A stretch of 20,000 nt of DNA from an uncultured virus (IMG/VR IMGVR_UViG_3300028275_000622). Its lineage: Duplodnaviria; Heunggongvirae; Uroviricota; Caudoviricetes. The notes beneath the pieces were generated by a model. The model was not told the DNA's origin and ran no database searches. It saw only the letters and a program-made list of their open reading frames with translations. Below, one piece after another: positions 1 to 10,332 of the stretch; the first letter of the stretch is position 1; every line of letters starts with the position of its first letter. The position numbers and the translations under genes are program-made. Location: the IMG/VR virus record IMGVR_UViG_3300028275_000622; one strand, 5' to 3'.

Positions 1-72
1 AAGCAATACGGTATTTCCATCCTTGCTTTCGAATGCAGGTACATGCTGGGGGTGACAAACGATGGCTACTAA
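1..72 (+). CDS. 3' end of an upstream gene (partial; frame 1 reads KQYGISILAFECRYMLGVTNDGY*)
   Basis: Frame 1 is open to TAA at 70-72 and overlaps the ATG at 62, like other junctions here. All three frames are open over this short stretch, so the frame is uncertain. Confidence 0.3.
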   Translation, partial: KQYGISILAFECRYMLGVTNDGY

Positions 73-1762
73 CTCAGCTAATTACCTCAGGTACGGCCCC
101 ATCAAATTAAATATTGTAAAGCTGAATGAGTATAAAAAAGAACCAGTGTACTCTGACAAAGAGCGTACACATTATATGTACACCAGACATATTCTTTCCA
201 TTAACGCTGTGGTGTACCCTGACACAGATATAGATTATTCAGAACTTCCCAAGGATGCATACGCATCATTTTCCACCTGTTACACTAACGAACCAACGGA
301 CGGTCCCAACAGCAATGGTGGTGCAAGTGATCCAGCTTTTTCGGTGTATGGTAACAATCCCCTAAAGCTGCCACCAGTAGCAAGAATTGAAAGTTTATTG
401 CGACACATGCTCATGCAACCACGGCAAAAGCTTAAGTATGTGGTTGGGGATAGTGTTATGCTGGAGTCTCCATCCGTTGATGCTCTAGTTGATTGCAATA
501 ATGGACCTAAACCAGTTTCCCTAACTGTCCGCAGTGTCAGCGGTTTGCAATCCATGGTGGTAGAGTTTGTGGTATCCACAGACATAAATGAATCTTTTAG
601 GTTTGGTGCTCCAGAATACCCAATGGTTTCCAACCAGTTTGTAATGGAGCACGAAATTGATCAGGATTTTTACACAACACGAAAAGTTATGGGAGTTGCG
701 CATTTCAGATCAGATTATTTAGTACGGCATAAATACTCACCAGACGATTTTAGGGAATGGCTAAATATTCCATCCCCAATTGGTTTTAAGAGGGATGTGG
801 TCAAATGCAAATTATCACCAGACTCCCTCAAGCTTGAGTACTCTTTCGTTGACAGGGAAATGCACCACCATTTGGACACAAGGAAGAGAAAGTCTTCGGA
901 AAAAGCAACAATAAATAATGTGTCTGACATACCCTACCCAAAAATGAAAAACATTACTCGGTTGGAGGTAAAACAATACCTTACAGTCTCGCAGAAATCC
1001 CTCTCAGACTCCATATCAAGCGGTATCAATGCGGTGGTAAATACTATAACAGGTTCTGGTGGAAGTGCAGGGTCAAGGTTTAATACTGCATTTACTGGAA
1101 TAAAAGACTTTGCTAGTTCATTTATGCCATTGCGTGAAGACAAGATTGATATTACAATCTACGGTAACAACTTGTCAGAAAAACACGAGTTGGAATATCT
1201 GGCACTTTTTATCATTGAAAAAAGAATACCTTATAAACCGTATTCCGGTATGTACACAATATCTCTGGAAGAAGATGTAATAGGATCTTTTGTGAAATTT
1301 CATGTTACTCGCCTGTCCGGCGTATTAGACACTGTGGATTCACTAGTTAATTCAAACGAAGCAACACTATCAAACATTGCACTTAAACCAACATTTACAC
1401 AAGGTTCTGCAAAATTTGACCTTAAAGAGGCTCACGCTAAAAAACTTACATTTTTCCAAGAGTCCCAAGGTATAAAGGGTGTAACGGTAAAATCCTTTAT
1501 AGATGAGAAACCAAACAGCGATTTGCAAAATCTGGAAATTATTAAGGTTAGGGATGAGAAGTTCGATCAAATGCGTGGAACATACTTGGAGCAGTTGTTT
1601 GTGGAGTCCATACGCCACAATCCTGATGAGCCTCCTTTGGACGACAAGACTAAAAAGGTTTTCAGTTACAACGAGCAAAATAGAAAGAATGATGATTCCA
1701 CTTACGAGCGTGTACTACCCATGGGCAATGATCCCTCTTTAGCACAGATGGAGACTGAATAA
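62..1762 (+). CDS. Hypothetical phage protein, 566 aa (probable virion/tail-region protein)
   Basis: Long ORF with a GGGGG SD-like run at 48-52, upstream of the fibre genes. No family motif recognised. Confidence 0.8.
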   Translation: MATNSANYLRYGPIKLNIVKLNEYKKEPVYSDKERTHYMYTRHILSINAVVYPDTDIDYSELPKDAYASFSTCYTNEPTDGPNSNGGASDPAFSVYGNNPLKLPPVARIESLLRHMLMQPRQKLKYVVGDSVMLESPSVDALVDCNNGPKPVSLTVRSVSGLQSMVVEFVVSTDINESFRFGAPEYPMVSNQFVMEHEIDQDFYTTRKVMGVAHFRSDYLVRHKYSPDDFREWLNIPSPIGFKRDVVKCKLSPDSLKLEYSFVDREMHHHLDTRKRKSSEKATINNVSDIPYPKMKNITRLEVKQYLTVSQKSLSDSISSGINAVVNTITGSGGSAGSRFNTAFTGIKDFASSFMPLREDKIDITIYGNNLSEKHELEYLALFIIEKRIPYKPYSGMYTISLEEDVIGSFVKFHVTRLSGVLDTVDSLVNSNEATLSNIALKPTFTQGSAKFDLKEAHAKKLTFFQESQGIKGVTVKSFIDEKPNSDLQNLEIIKVRDEKFDQMRGTYLEQLFVESIRHNPDEPPLDDKTKKVFSYNEQNRKNDDSTYERVLPMGNDPSLAQMETE

Positions 1763-1764
1763 CC

Positions 1765-2427
1765 ATGGTAACAAAGACATGTTTTGATTACGGTCAAACC
1801 AACATATCTGAAGGGTGCACAACTAATCTGTGCAAGGTGAAGAGGGTACGTTATTTCAGATACCACACGGAATCAAGGGGCAAGTCTACTCCAACCAATA
1901 CAGGTAAAAACAACTCCACGGTAGTACCAAAAACCGAGAATATGTTACTACCAAAAGTGCAACCAGTTTTAATAAACCAAGCACTTTTTAATTTTAACAA
2001 GGCAACCTACTTTAAATTATTTAATGCGCAGATAGCCCAGTATTTTTCAAGCAGGTTCCCATTTTCACCTTTGCGCAGGAAAAGATATGTCCCTTTTCCA
2101 ACTATGGAAGTAAATGTACCAGAAAAAAATGCAAATGGTAATTGGGTAATTGTGAGCAGGTACACCAAGTTGCCTGCTGGGCAATATCAAACACGCCTTG
2201 GAGATAACCTCACAGGAAAAGAAGCATTCCAAAAATGGTACTCTGCCTATGCTGCCGGGGTTCAAGACCCGGCAGCAAGATGGAAAATTGTTTTTGAGCA
2301 CTTGAGTGCAAACTGGAGCAATTACGCAGATTTGGGTTCAGATAATGCAAAGCTATATGCTCTACAGTTCATACAGGTAATTAATGATGCCTATAGCGGA
2401 CTTATAAAAATCCCTTCCAACTTCTAA
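1765..2427 (+). CDS. Hypothetical phage protein, 220 aa
   Basis: Starts 2 nt after the previous stop, with GGAG about 10 nt upstream. No recognised motif. Confidence 0.75.
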   Translation: MVTKTCFDYGQTNISEGCTTNLCKVKRVRYFRYHTESRGKSTPTNTGKNNSTVVPKTENMLLPKVQPVLINQALFNFNKATYFKLFNAQIAQYFSSRFPFSPLRRKRYVPFPTMEVNVPEKNANGNWVIVSRYTKLPAGQYQTRLGDNLTGKEAFQKWYSAYAAGVQDPAARWKIVFEHLSANWSNYADLGSDNAKLYALQFIQVINDAYSGLIKIPSNF

Positions 2428-2437
2428 GTAATACACC

Positions 2438-3034
2438 ATGGCTACAGCATCCCTAAGAGAAACTTTAATAAGTGGATCACACGCACTTTACCCATACTTA
2501 GTGGCTAATGTGACAGTGCATTACTCCACGATAGGTAACAAAATAGCTGTCAAAGGACTGGGTAACTACGGTGCTGCAACAAAAGTCATTAAAACATCTC
2601 AGCCAGTTACTAGGAAAGAGCTAGCATTCCAGTTTGTGAGGTTAAATGCTGCTCCTGATATTCCATACATTCAGTCTGTTTACAAAGATAATGAAGATGA
2701 TGTTGTAGAGGTTGCAGATATTCAGCTTGGAGCACCAATATTACATAGTGACGGTAAAACACAAATATACCAAGCTGCTGGAAGAATTATTTACATATGT
2801 CAAACTGTTTATGATCCCGGTACATCCACACTTACTTATCCACTAAGTCCTATTGATGGAAACAAAGCGCAGATGCCTTATATCAAGCCATCTGGATCAT
2901 TAAACACTGACTCTTGGGCTGGCGGTGGTTTCAATGCAACATTTCCATTTACGCCAGTTGGTGGCGTAAGCTTTTCTTCCAATACTGCGACAAGCACATC
3001 TACTAGCGGTCCAAACGACACAATTGGGGGTTAA
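2438..3034 (+). CDS. Hypothetical virion protein, 198 aa
   Basis: Operon-like spacing, beta-rich composition, Ser/Thr-rich tail. Confidence 0.75.
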   Translation: MATASLRETLISGSHALYPYLVANVTVHYSTIGNKIAVKGLGNYGAATKVIKTSQPVTRKELAFQFVRLNAAPDIPYIQSVYKDNEDDVVEVADIQLGAPILHSDGKTQIYQAAGRIIYICQTVYDPGTSTLTYPLSPIDGNKAQMPYIKPSGSLNTDSWAGGGFNATFPFTPVGGVSFSSNTATSTSTSGPNDTIGG

Positions 3035-3036
3035 AA

Positions 3037-4401
3037 ATGGCTATAGACTACGATGGAACTTATGGTATATTTACCAAAATAGGACTTATTGGGGGGTTTT
3101 TATCCGATATAAACACCTTTCAAAAATCACTTGTAAATGTAAAATCCCCGGCATTTGTAAACAAGTTCACAGGTAATGGTAAAACATCGCTTATTTTGGA
3201 TTACATTCCTTCTATTGATGGCCAAATTGGTACTGTCAGCAATCTTATACCGGATCTTCTTTTAAATGTTGCAAGTAGTGTGGTTATCGACTCTGTACGG
3301 GCGCACGACCCACTAATTCCTGCTGACCTTAGCAGTTGTATGACTGAACTACTGCGCCAAATGCGATTGGATAGCAAAACGGTAAGAGCAATGAGCACGA
3401 CATTTACAATTACAGATTCGACAAACAAAAATACTGTTCTGGTCGCACTAAAGAACAGGGACGGTGGGGATAACCAGTTTACCATTGCGGAAACATTAAG
3501 ACTTGAGGTTAGTGCAGATTCCTACACAGGTGGAACAAGCGCAGGTAATGAGCAATTTAGTGTAAAGACGGTGGATTCTGCAACGGATGTGTACAACTAT
3601 GATTACCCGGCTGGTTCTGGTTCTGATGTAACACTTTCCAGAACCAATTTAACTGCATCGCAGTCTGAGGGTAACATTTTGGAAAATGGCACGTTCACAA
3701 TTGCAAGTACAACCACTGCGACTGCTCCCGCTGGATGGAGTAGTGTAGGATCCTACGGTACTGCTGGTACACACTGGGTTACTACCACAGATGGATTGAA
3801 GATTGTTGGTAATATCACGTCTGATGTTAGGCTTCAACAGGACGTGTCTATTAGCATCACTGCACGGAATGTGTACGCTTTTCACTTCAGGGCAAAAGCA
3901 CCAACAGCACTAACGACAGGATCCATAGCAATTGATTTGGTGGATTCCACAGGGAACATACTTACTGACGATTCAAACAATTACCTTGCATTTAGTGCCA
4001 ACCTGAACACTCTGACAGCAAGTTACACATCCTTTACTGGATCTTTCGTAATTGGTTCAAAGACTCCCTCGGAAGTGTATCTACGCATAAGGTGCACAAC
4101 GGCAGAAAATACCCAAGTATACATGGATAGACTTGTCCTTACTGAAATGACAGAACTTTACACAGGTGGACCTTTTATATCTGTTCTGGGACTTGCATCA
4201 GATCCACTTACGACCTCTGAGAGGGTGGATATTACATTTTCAAAAAGCCTTGCAACGGTTACCAATGGGCAGGCAAGCACTCTGACGTACACCAACAACA
4301 CATTTCAAGTATTGTTTGACAGACTATTTACCACTGGTTCGGGTGGTTTCACACTTCCTTACAGCGCAACACCCACTATATCTGATTCCCTTATTGCATA
4401 A
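3037..4401 (+). CDS. Putative structural protein with a carbohydrate-binding (CBM4/9-like jelly-roll) domain, 454 aa
   Basis: The segment NILENGTF...PAGWS...LQQDVSI...YAFHFRAK...VYLRI...VYMDRLVL (nt ~3670-4140) fits the galactose-binding-like/CBM4_9 pattern. Thr/Ser-rich. The stop overlaps the next start (TAATG). Confidence 0.65.
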   Translation: MAIDYDGTYGIFTKIGLIGGFLSDINTFQKSLVNVKSPAFVNKFTGNGKTSLILDYIPSIDGQIGTVSNLIPDLLLNVASSVVIDSVRAHDPLIPADLSSCMTELLRQMRLDSKTVRAMSTTFTITDSTNKNTVLVALKNRDGGDNQFTIAETLRLEVSADSYTGGTSAGNEQFSVKTVDSATDVYNYDYPAGSGSDVTLSRTNLTASQSEGNILENGTFTIASTTTATAPAGWSSVGSYGTAGTHWVTTTDGLKIVGNITSDVRLQQDVSISITARNVYAFHFRAKAPTALTTGSIAIDLVDSTGNILTDDSNNYLAFSANLNTLTASYTSFTGSFVIGSKTPSEVYLRIRCTTAENTQVYMDRLVLTEMTELYTGGPFISVLGLASDPLTTSERVDITFSKSLATVTNGQASTLTYTNNTFQVLFDRLFTTGSGGFTLPYSATPTISDSLIA

Positions 4402-7172
4402 TGATTGACCAAGAGTTTACATACGCTGGAGTTCCATTAATGGTTCCACCCAAGGAATTATATGACTGGGTGGAGGAGAATATACCATTTAATGCGAGTA
4501 ATTACTTTAGAACTCTTAACTATGGATTGCTCGATAACTCTGACATTGTTTTTAAAAACTATTCGGAAAATCCATTCCATGATTTAAAACTAAGTTCTTT
4601 GTATTGGCCCACAGGGGCAAGTAGATTTGCAACTGGGTTTTTCTTGGTTTCTTCAGAAGACTTGGAAAAGCTACCATCTTTTGACAACCTTGGGTACAAA
4701 GATGCCGTTGATACGCTTGGGGGAATGCGCAGTAGGGTAAATTCTAAAAATTACTACACTGCTGAAAAACTTGTCATCTATAACACTGAGATCCCACTGG
4801 CAGCAAAAATGTATATGCTGCCACCAAGACCACTTTTGCAAATTGAAAGTACTGTTGTTGATGATGCAATAGAAACAAGGGGAAGGTTTCCAGTACCACA
4901 CTTGGAAAGCTTGTGGGTTGTTCCGTTAGTGGATGATAGATATTGGTGGTGGTGGCATAACACAGGGGAGTTTAAAATACCTAGTTGCTCCAACTGGGAG
5001 GATTTATTTTATACCATATTTGACAACTTAGGTTATGGACAACATCAAGTACTGGTAGATCCTGACATACCCCAAGAGTATCTTTTCCCACACAGCTTGT
5101 ACCGAAAACAGTCTTACAACATACGAGTGCCTTTACTTCTTGATTCGATAGCACAATCTTGCAACTGTCGCATTATTAGCCACTTCAATGGGCAAATAGA
5201 AATAATGCATGCAAGGAAAAGCTTCGATGCTCTTAAACAACCTCTTCTCACGCCCTCAGGTAATCAGGGCGGGGGAAAAATGGTACTTGCAAATTTAGAT
5301 AAATCAAAGTTTTACAAAAGTTTTCCATCCAAGTCTGACATTGGGAAAAACTCCGATGATGTGCAAAAACAATCTCTTAATATCAGGGACACTCCCGGAG
5401 TAATACCTGAGGTTGTTACGTTTGTTGTAAATAATAACCCAATCAGAGTTAATCTTTTGAACAAGGATGGGCTTGCAACGCAAAGGCCACTAAGTGAAAC
5501 GACTATTAATGGGGATGATACTTTACATTCTCAAATTATTGAAACAATGGTTGATCCAACCGACCTTGATTCAGTGGTTGCAGGGAAAATGCGATACTTT
5601 GAGGATACCAATAACCAAGGGCCGGATGATAAGAATTCAGAACCCTCCTATTACAAATCTGGTAATAATTCAGTAACAGTTGAATACCAGAATGGTGACT
5701 ACATTCTGGACACTAAGAATAATGTCTTTTATGGGCCTCGCAGTGACTCTGGTTGGGGGGATGCATTTAGGGGTAAATCCCTTTTAAGCAAGTATTTCAA
5801 GGTTGTTGCCAGTGCATATAAAACAACAGGTAAAACTGCATGCCCTATATTAATGTACCCTCCTACAGGTGTAACGGAGAAGGACTTTAATACTAATCAG
5901 ATTGAAACATTCTGCAAAACATATGCAAGGGATTGGGCCTTATATCAATACGCTGATGACGATATATCCCTAAATGGTTGTGTTCCAGTAGAACAGCACG
6001 GAATGCTGGACAACATTATATTTCACCTTAGTGTTGAGGATACCTACACTAGACTGATACGACCACCTTACAACGACCTCACTGAAGAGGTTTACATTGA
6101 GTCCTACTTGGGTGATGAGGCAGCTTGTGATGCTGATACATATCCTTGCGGTCAGTGCAAAGGAATGCAGGGAGACAGTACAACTACACAACTGTATGGT
6201 TTTGGCACATCTGATATGTTCCTACCCTACAGCGCAATCCTGCAAAAAACCCAGACAGTCCCAACAGGGGCAACTGCTGCGACATATCCACAGTGGCACA
6301 AGCCACCATATGTGGTGAAGTTTTGCCTAGGTGGTGCAATAGGCACTGCTGCTCTTGATTACCACTTCCAGACAACCATGAATGTTAGTGTGTACTGGAA
6401 TGGATCCAAGGTTGCATCACGCACTGTGTACGGGTCCAAGAGTTTCACCTGCCAGAGTGGTGCACAATCTTGGGGAAGGTTGACTTTTTATAAAACTGAG
6501 AAAACACCATCCTACGCCATTGTTGTCGTTGATGCAGCAACAGACACATTTTCTCAACAAGAAGCAGAACGCCCACAAGCAATGAATTGGTACATGAACA
6601 TGCGCTGCGTGGACTCCATACCATACCCTGCACCAAGGGCAATTGCTTGTGATAGTAAGTTGAACGAGGTTGGTGGAGTTTTCACACTTGGTATGTTCAC
6701 ATCCATACCTGTAAATATTCAGGGCACTTCCACAGGAATAGTACCGAACACACCAATATGTATTTCAGACTCTGCAAGCAGTACATTCCCGTGCGGTTCC
6801 AATCAGTCTTGTGTAATCCCTTCGAACTTACAGCTTAAATTCAACAATGCTCCAAGCTCTTGTAAGTTTCTCAAAGATGTTGTCATACCACTTCAACAAA
6901 GCACATCAGATGGTGGATGGATTGGAATATATGACCAATTCGGACCAACAAAAGACATTATTCAGGCAAAACTTACACTGGTTGGTACTACTGCGTTTAA
7001 GCTTGTGTTGAAAGATATTGTTAATGCTTCAAGAAGTCCTGTGGAAATTAACAACATTACAACCTGTCTTTGCACTCCATTCACACTCACAATTCCCGGT
7101 GTGAATCTCACACCATTCGCATGCACTCCAGCATCACCTAACACACTTCAGGCAATAATTACTGAGGCATAA
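4401..7172 (+). CDS. Large putative tail/baseplate protein, 923 aa, with Cys-rich C-terminal region
   Basis: Directly upstream of the fibre gene. Contains one copy of the fibre GD-Y-x-x-D-T...YGP-R...W module (nt ~5690-5760) and about 15 Cys in the C-terminal ~350 aa. Confidence 0.65.
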   Translation: MIDQEFTYAGVPLMVPPKELYDWVEENIPFNASNYFRTLNYGLLDNSDIVFKNYSENPFHDLKLSSLYWPTGASRFATGFFLVSSEDLEKLPSFDNLGYKDAVDTLGGMRSRVNSKNYYTAEKLVIYNTEIPLAAKMYMLPPRPLLQIESTVVDDAIETRGRFPVPHLESLWVVPLVDDRYWWWWHNTGEFKIPSCSNWEDLFYTIFDNLGYGQHQVLVDPDIPQEYLFPHSLYRKQSYNIRVPLLLDSIAQSCNCRIISHFNGQIEIMHARKSFDALKQPLLTPSGNQGGGKMVLANLDKSKFYKSFPSKSDIGKNSDDVQKQSLNIRDTPGVIPEVVTFVVNNNPIRVNLLNKDGLATQRPLSETTINGDDTLHSQIIETMVDPTDLDSVVAGKMRYFEDTNNQGPDDKNSEPSYYKSGNNSVTVEYQNGDYILDTKNNVFYGPRSDSGWGDAFRGKSLLSKYFKVVASAYKTTGKTACPILMYPPTGVTEKDFNTNQIETFCKTYARDWALYQYADDDISLNGCVPVEQHGMLDNIIFHLSVEDTYTRLIRPPYNDLTEEVYIESYLGDEAACDADTYPCGQCKGMQGDSTTTQLYGFGTSDMFLPYSAILQKTQTVPTGATAATYPQWHKPPYVVKFCLGGAIGTAALDYHFQTTMNVSVYWNGSKVASRTVYGSKSFTCQSGAQSWGRLTFYKTEKTPSYAIVVVDAATDTFSQQEAERPQAMNWYMNMRCVDSIPYPAPRAIACDSKLNEVGGVFTLGMFTSIPVNIQGTSTGIVPNTPICISDSASSTFPCGSNQSCVIPSNLQLKFNNAPSSCKFLKDVVIPLQQSTSDGGWIGIYDQFGPTKDIIQAKLTLVGTTAFKLVLKDIVNASRSPVEINNITTCLCTPFTLTIPGVNLTPFACTPASPNTLQAIITEA

Positions 7173-7173
7173 T

Positions 7174-10100
7174 ATGGCATTAATTCAATTTAAACGTGGC
7201 CCACAATCTGCAATACAAACACAATCTCTTCTTGCAGGTGAACCAGCTTTTGCAACAGACACGAGAGAATTGTTTGTAGGTGATGGTTTTACCATTGGTG
7301 GGGTTTCCATCAGTTCCCTTGCAGGGGCAATTACGTACATTGCTCAGAACACAGAACCACCTGCGCCAAGTAATCCATCCACAACTAAAGCATTTTGGTA
7401 CGAAACAGACACAAATTACCTGTACATATGGAAGTACTCAAACGGCACAGGTGTGTGGGAAAGAGTACTTGCAAGCGGTCCTACGGGGCCAGCAGGCCCC
7501 ACCGGACCGCAGGGTACTCAGGGTATTCAAGGTGTTCAAGGTGTGCAGGGTGCTCGTGGGGCAACCATACTCACTGGGACAAGTAATCCTACCACTAGCA
7601 CTACTGGAATTGATGGCGACTACTTTTTAAACACCACTAGCAAGGATTTATTTGGACCACGTGTTACCACAAATAGTGTGGTTAGCTGGGGTAATGGAAT
7701 TTCCCTTAAAGGTGACAAGGGTGACAAGGGTGATACTGGTGATGCAGGACCTACTGGTTTAACAGGACCACGTGGTGCGACCATACACTACGGAAACCAA
7801 GCACCAACAAGCTCATTTCCTGATCCAACCAGTGTGAACGATGGAGACTTCTACTTTGACCTGATTGCAAAGAACTTGTACGGCGGTTATGTAGCTGCGA
7901 ATGGTACTCCTTGGGGGCCTCCAATCAGTCTTGCAGGTGGTGCAGGTTCAGCAGGTCCTGCTGGGCCGACAGGACCTGCTGGTACTCCCGGACTTGTGTG
8001 GAAGGGTTCTTACGTAAGTGGTACACAGTACCCATTAAACTCTGTTGTGCAGTTCAACGGTAGTTCCTATGTTGTGATTGCAAACAGTGGTACGACCAAT
8101 GCTCCAACCAACGCAGCAGATTGGAACCTTGTAGCATCCAAGGGTTCCACTGCGAACGCAGTTGCAACCATTTATGCTAATGCTCCTATAGTGTGGGACG
8201 AGTCCACAACCACACTTTCATTCAATGTTCCAAATGCACAAACTGGCAATGTTCTTAAGTACGATGGGACTAGCTGGGTTGCATCCAAAGCAAGTGCTGC
8301 AAAAAGTCTCCAGACAGGGACGGGCGCACCAGATGGGACTACAGATGCAACTGACGGCGACTGGTACATTCAGACTGCTGGTACAGGTGCTCCACTGTTG
8401 TACGGTCCTAGATCCACAAGCAATAGTGTTGTTAGCTGGGGTACTGGTATTTCACTTGTTGGTCCGGCAGGTGCAAATGGTGCTAATGGTTCGGCAGGTC
8501 CAGCAGGGGAAGATGGCACTGCTGGTATGGAGTGGAACGGAAACTGGGATTCCACTGTAAATTACTCCAAAGGTGCTGTTGTTGGGTATCAGGGAGCAAT
8601 TTACATATGTGAGTTGGACAACACGTTAAATATTACACCAAACACCACGGCTAACTGGGATCTTTTGGTGGAGCGTGGTGAGCAGGGGCCACCCGCTGAC
8701 CTGCAAGGCACTGCACCAATTAGCATATCGTCTGAGACATCCAACAATGTTACCACTTTCACGATTGCACTGGCTGATGGCACAACAACTGGCGAAGTTC
8801 TCACTTGGGACAACACCACAAAGGCGTGGACACCACAATCACCAATTGTGACACTGGACGGCCTTACTGATGTAACCATTACCAACCCGGAACAGGACCA
8901 AATACTTGTATTTAAAAACAACGAGTGGGTGAACCACGGCACATATGTGGACACTCTCGATGAGCTAGAAGATGTAATCATCACAACTCCTACTCAGGAC
9001 GAAATTCTAAAGTTTGATGGAACTAACTGGGTCAACTCAACAGCAATCCTTGAAATTACTGCAATGTCCCCACTGGATTGGGACAAATCCACAGGTACTC
9101 TAAAAATTACAGAGGGTACTACTGATGGGTATGTAATGACATGGGATGACACTCTAAAGATTTGGAGTGAGAAAGAATTACCACCTGCTGATATCAAAGC
9201 AACACTTCCACTTGACTGGGATAAAACCACACGCACTCTCACGTTTGGTGTGAATGGTAGTGCGGGTGATGTACTTGTGTACGATGGTGTGAACTGGATT
9301 GCATCTGTTCCATACGACCACACAAGGCCAACCATACTGTGGGGTGATGGTGTACCTGCACAGGACCTTGGAAACAGTGGTGATTTTTACATAGACACCA
9401 CAAATCACATCCTTTACGGACCTAAGTGCAGCGGTTGCTTGGGTAACAGGTGGACATCGTTGCAGGATCCTGTAAATCTTGTTGGCCCTCAAGGAGTGCA
9501 AGGTATTCAGGGTGAAACAGGACCAGCAGGTCCTGCTGGTCCTACAGGTGCAACAGGTCCTAGAGGACAGAGTACATCCAACCTTATACGCAGAGTGGAC
9601 CACCCTGTATTACTTACAGGTCAGGACTTACCTGCACTTTACTCAGGTATTGGTGTAAATGGGGACTTCCTTCTTGTATCCATACTTAGTCCAGAACCCA
9701 GTACAAGGTTTTACGGCCCAAAAGCTAACAATGTTTGGCCTGATAATTATGTGGAATTGCACGGTGATACAGGTGCAACAGGCCCTGCTGGCCCTACAGG
9801 GGCCACAGGTCCTGCCGGACCACAATCAGGGCAGATCATACATCATGCGACAGTGCAATCAAACGCATCAACTCCACCCGATCCATCTTCTGCACTTGGT
9901 GATGTGGACGACTTCCATATTACAAGGCTGGAAACCACACTGGGTGAGTATGTTGGGACTTATATATTTGGGCCAAAGACAAGCAGTGCAACAGACCCTT
10001 GGGGTGCTCCAACTAATTTAAGGGGTCCCACTGGTGCAACAGGTGCAGAGGGTCCACAAGGACCACAAGGTATATCTCCTGACCCAACACTTGCAGATGC

Positions 10101-10332
10101 AAACGGTGGTCTTGCAAACACGGGAACCACACAAAATCCAACTCTTGCAATAAAGACTCGCAGTGGAACAGGTCTTGTTTTAGACACAGTACCCAGCACA
10201 CCTGCGGATCCTGCAATTTATTTGAAATTAAACACTGATTCCACCAACGCACTTGCTGTTGTTGGGAGCAAGGCTGTTGTGAAAAGCAAACCAATTAATG
10301 CAGGCTACAGAAGGGGATGGTTTGGAATATGA
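7174..10332 (+). CDS. Collagen-like tail fibre protein with an N-terminal Mtd-N-like (major tropism determinant N-terminal) domain, 1052 aa
   Basis: N-terminus IQFKRG...LLAGEPAFATDTRELFVGDG is Mtd-N/hyaluronidase-N type. Multiple Gly-X-Y blocks. Two WxGxY/W...Y...VV.(F/Y).G..Y CBM5/12-like modules. Two LDxLxDVxIT repeats. GAGG SD at 7164-7167. Confidence 0.88.
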   Translation: MALIQFKRGPQSAIQTQSLLAGEPAFATDTRELFVGDGFTIGGVSISSLAGAITYIAQNTEPPAPSNPSTTKAFWYETDTNYLYIWKYSNGTGVWERVLASGPTGPAGPTGPQGTQGIQGVQGVQGARGATILTGTSNPTTSTTGIDGDYFLNTTSKDLFGPRVTTNSVVSWGNGISLKGDKGDKGDTGDAGPTGLTGPRGATIHYGNQAPTSSFPDPTSVNDGDFYFDLIAKNLYGGYVAANGTPWGPPISLAGGAGSAGPAGPTGPAGTPGLVWKGSYVSGTQYPLNSVVQFNGSSYVVIANSGTTNAPTNAADWNLVASKGSTANAVATIYANAPIVWDESTTTLSFNVPNAQTGNVLKYDGTSWVASKASAAKSLQTGTGAPDGTTDATDGDWYIQTAGTGAPLLYGPRSTSNSVVSWGTGISLVGPAGANGANGSAGPAGEDGTAGMEWNGNWDSTVNYSKGAVVGYQGAIYICELDNTLNITPNTTANWDLLVERGEQGPPADLQGTAPISISSETSNNVTTFTIALADGTTTGEVLTWDNTTKAWTPQSPIVTLDGLTDVTITNPEQDQILVFKNNEWVNHGTYVDTLDELEDVIITTPTQDEILKFDGTNWVNSTAILEITAMSPLDWDKSTGTLKITEGTTDGYVMTWDDTLKIWSEKELPPADIKATLPLDWDKTTRTLTFGVNGSAGDVLVYDGVNWIASVPYDHTRPTILWGDGVPAQDLGNSGDFYIDTTNHILYGPKCSGCLGNRWTSLQDPVNLVGPQGVQGIQGETGPAGPAGPTGATGPRGQSTSNLIRRVDHPVLLTGQDLPALYSGIGVNGDFLLVSILSPEPSTRFYGPKANNVWPDNYVELHGDTGATGPAGPTGATGPAGPQSGQIIHHATVQSNASTPPDPSSALGDVDDFHITRLETTLGEYVGTYIFGPKTSSATDPWGAPTNLRGPTGATGAEGPQGPQGISPDPTLADANGGLANTGTTQNPTLAIKTRSGTGLVLDTVPSTPADPAIYLKLNTDSTNALAVVGSKAVVKSKPINAGYRRGWFGI
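7606..10005 (+). repeat. Six dispersed copies of a G-x-x-GD-(Y/F/W)...(L/F)(Y/F)GP(K/R)...W module between collagen blocks
   Basis: Copies start near 7606, 7834, 8347, 9370, 9652 and 9898 (the 7834 and 9898 copies are degenerate). Copies 1 and 3 share 32 of 36 nt (aatagtgtggttagctggggtaatggaatttccctt vs aatagtgttgttagctggggtactggtatttcactt). Confidence 0.85.

Noticed and set aside
5273..5279. In-frame G GGA AAA slippery heptamer in the 923-aa gene
   Set aside because: The -1 frame stops within about 8 codons, no stimulatory structure is evident, and this is not a tail-chaperone context.
7483..10070. Short tandem repeats as a possible CRISPR array
   Set aside because: They are collagen Gly-X-Y codon repeats, with no constant repeat-spacer period.
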